This document shows positions 59,653-64,000 of a DNA stretch of 64,000 nt, in pieces. The notes under the pieces were generated by a model that was not told where the DNA came from, made no database searches, and saw nothing but the letters and a program-made list of their open reading frames with translations. This DNA is from Spirulina sp. (GTDB lineage Bacteria; Cyanobacteriota; Cyanobacteriia; Phormidesmidales; Phormidesmidaceae). A program made the position numbers and the translations under genes. Position 1 is the stretch's first letter, and each line of letters begins with the position of its first letter. The DNA lies in assembly GCA_044070495.1 (NCBI GenBank), contig JBIPSI010000005.1, forward strand, positions 32,001 through 96,000, in the 5' to 3' direction.

Positions 59653-60624
59653 TCAGAATACCCGCCGCAGCACGTAGTCGGCAATATCTTGGAGGGCTTG
59701 CTTTGCCGCCGAGGGGGGCAGAGAGGCCAAACATTCCACCGCCAGACGAGACTGCTCCGCCGCCAAATCCCGCGATTTCTGGATACCGTTGCCTTGGTGA
59801 ATTAGCTCAATGGCCTGGTCAAAGTCGGAGGCTTCCGCAAATTCCCGCTCAATCAGGGTGGCGAGGAAGGGCTGTTCGGCCATGGTGTAGAGCACCGGGG
59901 CAGTGAGGTTGCCGCTGCGGAGGTCAGAACAGGCGGGTTTGCCCAGCACCTCGTCGGAACTGGTGAAGTCGAGGATGTCGTCCACAATTTGGAAGGCCAA
60001 CCCCAGGTGACGACCGTAGGCATAGAGCTGGTTGATGGTGACTTCGGAGATGTCGCTGAGTACCCCTGTCGCCTTGGCGCTGTTGGCCAAGAGCGACGCT
60101 GTTTTGAAGTAGCTTTTTTCCAAATAAGCGTCGATGGATAGGCTGGTATCAAAGCGATTTAGGCCCTGCTGAATTTCCCCTTCGGCCAAGTCCATAATCA
60201 CCTGGGACAGCAGCTTTACCACCCGCAGGTTGTCGAGGTTGGCCAGGTACCAGGAGGACTGGGCAAAAAGGAAATCCCCCGCCAGCACCGCAATGCGATT
60301 GCCAAAGCGGCTGTGGACGGTGGGCACCCCCCGCCGCACACTGGACTCGTCCACCACGTCATCGTGCACCAGGCTGGCGGTGTGGATCATCTCGGTGATC
60401 TCGGCCAGCCGTCGATGTTTCGGCGTAATCTCCTGATTGGCCATGGTGGCCTTGGCTAACAGCAGCACAATGGCAGGGCGAAGGCGCTTGCCCCCGGCCC
60501 CAAAAAGATGCTCAGCGGCGGCGGACAGAATCGGATGCCGTGCCCCCACCAACCCCTTGAGGTTGTGGGTGAGGAGGTCAAGATCGGTCTCAACCGGCGC
60601 GAAAAGGGAGGTTACTGAAGTCAT
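59653..60624 (-). CDS. sds: Solanesyl diphosphate synthase
   Basis: GGKRLRP, HDDVVD, KTASL, FQIVDDILD. Confidence 0.93.
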   Translation of the reverse strand: MTSVTSLFAPVETDLDLLTHNLKGLVGARHPILSAAAEHLFGAGGKRLRPAIVLLLAKATMANQEITPKHRRLAEITEMIHTASLVHDDVVDESSVRRGVPTVHSRFGNRIAVLAGDFLFAQSSWYLANLDNLRVVKLLSQVIMDLAEGEIQQGLNRFDTSLSIDAYLEKSYFKTASLLANSAKATGVLSDISEVTINQLYAYGRHLGLAFQIVDDILDFTSSDEVLGKPACSDLRSGNLTAPVLYTMAEQPFLATLIEREFAEASDFDQAIELIHQGNGIQKSRDLAAEQSRLAVECLASLPPSAAKQALQDIADYVLRRVF

Positions 60625-61361
60625 GGACAGCCGAGGAAGGCGATTATGGTTACGTTTTTTAACATAGTCTACCGTTATTTTAAGCTAACCCCCAGAGATG
60701 TGGCGGCATTGAACAGGCATTTTAGCTGGCCCGATTCTGCCCAGATTCGGGATTTATCCTCCTAAAGCTCCTCAAAAGGGGAAAAATTACCCCTCGAATA
60801 GGGGTTGCCAACCCATCGAAAAGGCCAGATGCCATGGGCTGTCCAACCCAGATCAATATCTGCCATCAACTTCTTCAACGTCTCTCCTAGTCAGGGAAGC
60901 GCGTGTTAAGATACAAAGTAAGACTTTTCTAAAGTAAGCGGCTTAGGTTTCTTATTTTTCCATCGTCGTCAGTCTGAAATTGGGTAGCCTTTGGGTGTTT
61001 AGGCCAGCGGTTACCTGCGTTTCCTCTAAGTGCTCGTCGGTCTCAGCCGTGTTTGCGGCGATGCAGACTGTCCTTAGGCGTCTGGGACTTTCCTTCGATG
61101 GATGAATGCCGCTACAACTCATAGGTGCTGTGCGCTCAAGGGAGCCTTAGTTCTAGTGTTCATAGCTAGGACACTAGGGCTGGTTTTGGGCAATCTTGCG
61201 GATCATCGCTATCTTCTTCGCAGGCTGGTTTTTCAATGCAGAAAAGCCAGCAGGTTTTGGGCGTTGGAATAACGGTGATAACGGGCCTAGGCTACTTCCC
61301 TGAGTTGAGATCTGCGCTGTTTGTTTGCTCCTACCCGTTCTGCCTATCCGTTGTGACTGTC

Positions 61362-61469
61362 ATGGCCGTGAATACCACTACGTTCATCATTCCCGTTCTT
61401 GCTGTGGCCTACCTGGTCTTGGTCTATAGTGTGTTGCTGTGGTGGTCTAGGCGTTCTACGGCGCGCTAG
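61362..61469 (+). CDS. Putative 35-aa single-pass membrane protein
   Basis: MAVNTTTFIIPVLAVAYLVLVYSVLLWWSRRSTAR: one TM helix plus basic tail. Confidence 0.4.
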   Translation: MAVNTTTFIIPVLAVAYLVLVYSVLLWWSRRSTAR

Positions 61470-61588
61470 TAGGGCAAATTCGGTCGGGTCTGCTGCCCGT
61501 AAGCGACCCTGTCCATGGCTAGGGTTAACGATCTAGCCTCCAAGACCAAGACCCTGGATGGATCTGAATCCCGTGCTGATGACTCACC

Positions 61589-62692
61589 TCAAGGCTGGAT
61601 TGGATAAATTCTCAGCGGTTGGGGGGGAAGGGCAGGGTTGACCTGCCCGCCAACGGGGATGACCTGGCTGGCGGATTGGCGAGCGTAGAGGATATGCCCA
61701 GAGGGGGTAGAGAGGCCATACTTGTATTCTCGGCCCAGAAATTGGCGACTGTTCACCCGCAGGAGTCCGTTGTGGTCCACGGGTTGCAACGAGAGGTCTT
61801 CCTGGCGAACCATGATTTCTCCCTGGGCTAGGGTGTCGTCAGGGATAGATCCGTTGGCCTGGATCACTTGGGTGAACAGACCGAGCTCGGTTTCCCAGCC
61901 CTGGGGGGTGCGGCGAGCGGGCAGGAAGTTAGCCTGGGTGACAAAGCTGGCAATGAAGCGGGAGGCCGGGGCCATGTAGACCGCTTCGGGGCTACCCCAC
62001 TGTTCTAGCCGTCCCTGGCGCATCACCGCGACTTGGTCTGCAATGGCGAGGGCTTCCTCTTGGTCGTGGGTGACAAAGACCCCGGAGGCGTTCACCTGCT
62101 TAAGGACATCCCGCACCTCTTGGCGCAGATGTAGGCGCACCTGTACGTCCAAATTACTGAAGGGTTCATCCAGCAAAATAATCGTAGGCCGAGGGGCCAG
62201 GGCACGGGCTAGGGCCACCCGCTGCTGCTGCCCACCGGAAAGTTCGTGGGGGAAGCGGGACTCAAACCCGGTCAGACCCACGAGGGCAATGGCCTCCTGG
62301 GTTTGGGTGTGCACCTGCTTAGGATTCAAGCTGCCTAGACGCACTAAGGATTGCAGCCCAAAGGCCACATTTTTCTCCACCGTCAGGTGGGGAAAGAGCG
62401 CATAGTCCTGAAAGACAATGCCCACATCCCGCCGTTCTGGGGGTAGCCAGCAGGGGCCACAGACGGGCTGCTGGCCCAGGGAGATGGTGCCTTGGTCGGG
62501 GCGTTCAAACCCGGCAATCAGACGCAGCAGGGTGGTTTTGCCGCAGCCGGAAGGGCCGAGTAGGGCCAGAATCTCGCCCTGGCGCAATCCGAGACTCACT
62601 CCATCTACCGCCGGGGGGGCGTTGGGGGTGTATCGCTTTGTGATCGCATCAAGGCGCAGAATATCCAATGAAGTCATTGCGTTGGTCAGCAT
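61589..62692 (-). CDS. futC: Fe3+ ABC transporter ATP-binding subunit (FutC/FbpC type)
   Basis: [32 protein letters not shown]-like C-terminus; upstream Fur-like box. Confidence 0.82.
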   Translation of the reverse strand: MLTNAMTSLDILRLDAITKRYTPNAPPAVDGVSLGLRQGEILALLGPSGCGKTTLLRLIAGFERPDQGTISLGQQPVCGPCWLPPERRDVGIVFQDYALFPHLTVEKNVAFGLQSLVRLGSLNPKQVHTQTQEAIALVGLTGFESRFPHELSGGQQQRVALARALAPRPTIILLDEPFSNLDVQVRLHLRQEVRDVLKQVNASGVFVTHDQEEALAIADQVAVMRQGRLEQWGSPEAVYMAPASRFIASFVTQANFLPARRTPQGWETELGLFTQVIQANGSIPDDTLAQGEIMVRQEDLSLQPVDHNGLLRVNSRQFLGREYKYGLSTPSGHILYARQSASQVIPVGGQVNPALPPQPLRIYPIQP

Positions 62693-62737
62693 GGGAACCA
62701 GGGAAGGAAAGGCCCGCCCTGCCAGACATCCTACCCT

Positions 62738-62760
62738 TTATTGACGATGATTTGCATTAA
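62738..62760 (-). promoter_or_regulatory. Putative Fur box
   Basis: TTAATGCAAATCATCGTCAATAA, AT-rich imperfect palindrome 45 bp upstream of the iron ABC ATPase. Confidence 0.5.
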
Positions 62761-62805
62761 CCCCGCCGGGTCGTCCCATCCTCTTGCCAAGCGGTTTTGC
62801 CATGA

Positions 62806-63711
62806 CTAGGCGGCGACTTCCGCTGGAGGGACTGATTGATCCGTCATGGGCAGTAGGTCAATCGCCACGGTGTCGGCGGGCTGTGGCTGGAAGTGGTTCC
62901 ACTGCTCCAAATATTGGGCCAAATGCTGGTCTCCCGCCTCGATGTGTCGATGCAGCAGATCCCGTACGCGATCTTCTTCGACTTGGTGCTGTTCAGGGCT
63001 AAAAAAGCCCGCAAACAGGGCCGTCCGTAGCCACACCAGGTAGGTGGTGATGGCATCAAAGTGGTTGTATTCCACAATCGCCCGCAGGTTGCCCTCCACC
63101 CACAAATCCACCACGGTGCTGCCGTCGGTGCCCATCTTGCCGGGAATGCCCATGGCCGCTGCCAGTTCGTGGAGGGAGGGGGTGCCAATGCCCCAGCCGC
63201 TGACCAAATTTTTGATGTCGATGTGGGCCTCGGTGTGGCGGGCAAAGTAGTCAATCCCCTCCCAGGGTTTATCTGGGCGGTGACAAAAATCCTTGGCGGA
63301 AATGCCGGTGGCCATGCCCCGCTGGAGCAGAATGGGCAGGTCGGAGGTGTGGGAATTAAACCCCACCAACTGAGGCTTTTGCTGACCCACATAGCCCAGG
63401 AACGTGGCGATCAACTCCCCCTCCGCCATGGGCTGGTCGAGCTGTTTGGGCAGGGCCGTCAGCCGCAGCGTCACCTCGCCTTTGCGGGATTGCTCTCGAA
63501 TCACCGCCGCCACCGACACTACCCGACACAGAGCCGTTTTCAAGTAGGGCCGAGGTTTATCCTCCGTAGCCCCGCCGTTGTCCCACATCACCTGAAACAC
63601 CTCCCCATCGGGCAGGGTCTCCGGCAACCGATATACCCGCCGCCCCGAGGGCGCATCGGGCACCCATTCTAAGTCAAACGCACACACCCGCTGACCCACG
63701 GACTTAAACAC
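62806..63711 (-). CDS. PolB-like 3'-5' exonuclease (DEDD family)
   Basis: FDLEW, GFN...DLP, HID, Y..FD; GTG start after AGGGGG RBS. Confidence 0.85.
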   Translation of the reverse strand: MFKSVGQRVCAFDLEWVPDAPSGRRVYRLPETLPDGEVFQVMWDNGGATEDKPRPYLKTALCRVVSVAAVIREQSRKGEVTLRLTALPKQLDQPMAEGELIATFLGYVGQQKPQLVGFNSHTSDLPILLQRGMATGISAKDFCHRPDKPWEGIDYFARHTEAHIDIKNLVSGWGIGTPSLHELAAAMGIPGKMGTDGSTVVDLWVEGNLRAIVEYNHFDAITTYLVWLRTALFAGFFSPEQHQVEEDRVRDLLHRHIEAGDQHLAQYLEQWNHFQPQPADTVAIDLLPMTDQSVPPAEVAA

Positions 63712-64000
63712 AGCGATCCCCCCTGAGTTAAATGCACAGCCTAGGAGCCCTGTAGACCCAATGGTGGTAGACCGGGTAGGCCACCACTGGGGTGATGGCT
63801 GCCCTACGCTCAATGGAAGATCTACAGAACCTTGCCCATAAGCTGCCCAAGGTTTAGTTCCCTGCCCCAAACCTCGGCTCACTTCCGTCAGTTGTCGTAG
63901 GTTGTGTTGAGATGTTTCTCGGATGTCTCTTTAGAAATCAGTCAGCTAGAAATCAGTCAGCTTGGTGATGAAGGGTTTAGCCAAAAAGAAACTAGCGATG

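Noticed and set aside
194..63672. Numerous antisense or alternate-frame ORFs in the track
   Set aside because: Shadows of well-supported genes in GC-rich DNA; no motifs
63712..63882. Upstream extension of exonuclease ORF
   Set aside because: Non-conserved-looking sequence; GTG at 63711 has an RBS and directly precedes the first motif

Overview
Cyanobacterial chromosome segment (about 55-60% GC; hpf/lrtA, chlP, cruF/cruG, cyaB-type cyclase). Bases 1-17533 are the distal part of a type V-K CRISPR-associated transposon (CAST). It contains the 3' end of tnsB, tnsC, tniQ, about 13 kb of cargo, cas12k, a tracrRNA, a short CRISPR array, a delocalised homing mini-crRNA matching the adjacent tRNA-Gly(TCC), and a transposon end ending in TGTACA exactly 60 bp from the GTG PAM. 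The cargo is a BREX-related/restriction-like candidate defence operon: DUF499-type AAA+ ATPase, short PglZ-like phosphoesterase, DUF1156-type N6-adenine methyltransferase, a 174-aa protein, an SNF2 helicase fused to an XRE HTH, and an M41-like peptidase. It is divergent from a coiled-coil PD-(D/E)xK nuclease-like gene that sits where the cvkR regulator usually lies. Notable details: three TTGA-N8-TCAA operators in the divergent promoter; a tracrRNA 3' anti-repeat that pairs perfectly with the homing repeat but poorly with the array repeat; and HIP1 octamers confined to the cargo. The remaining 46 kb is mostly core host genes, plus a higBA pair, a MITE, small dispersed repeats, a probable pseudokinase and an ATGA-coupled SH3/adenylating-enzyme/GT2/GT2 operon. 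All family calls come from motif reading; no database searches were run.
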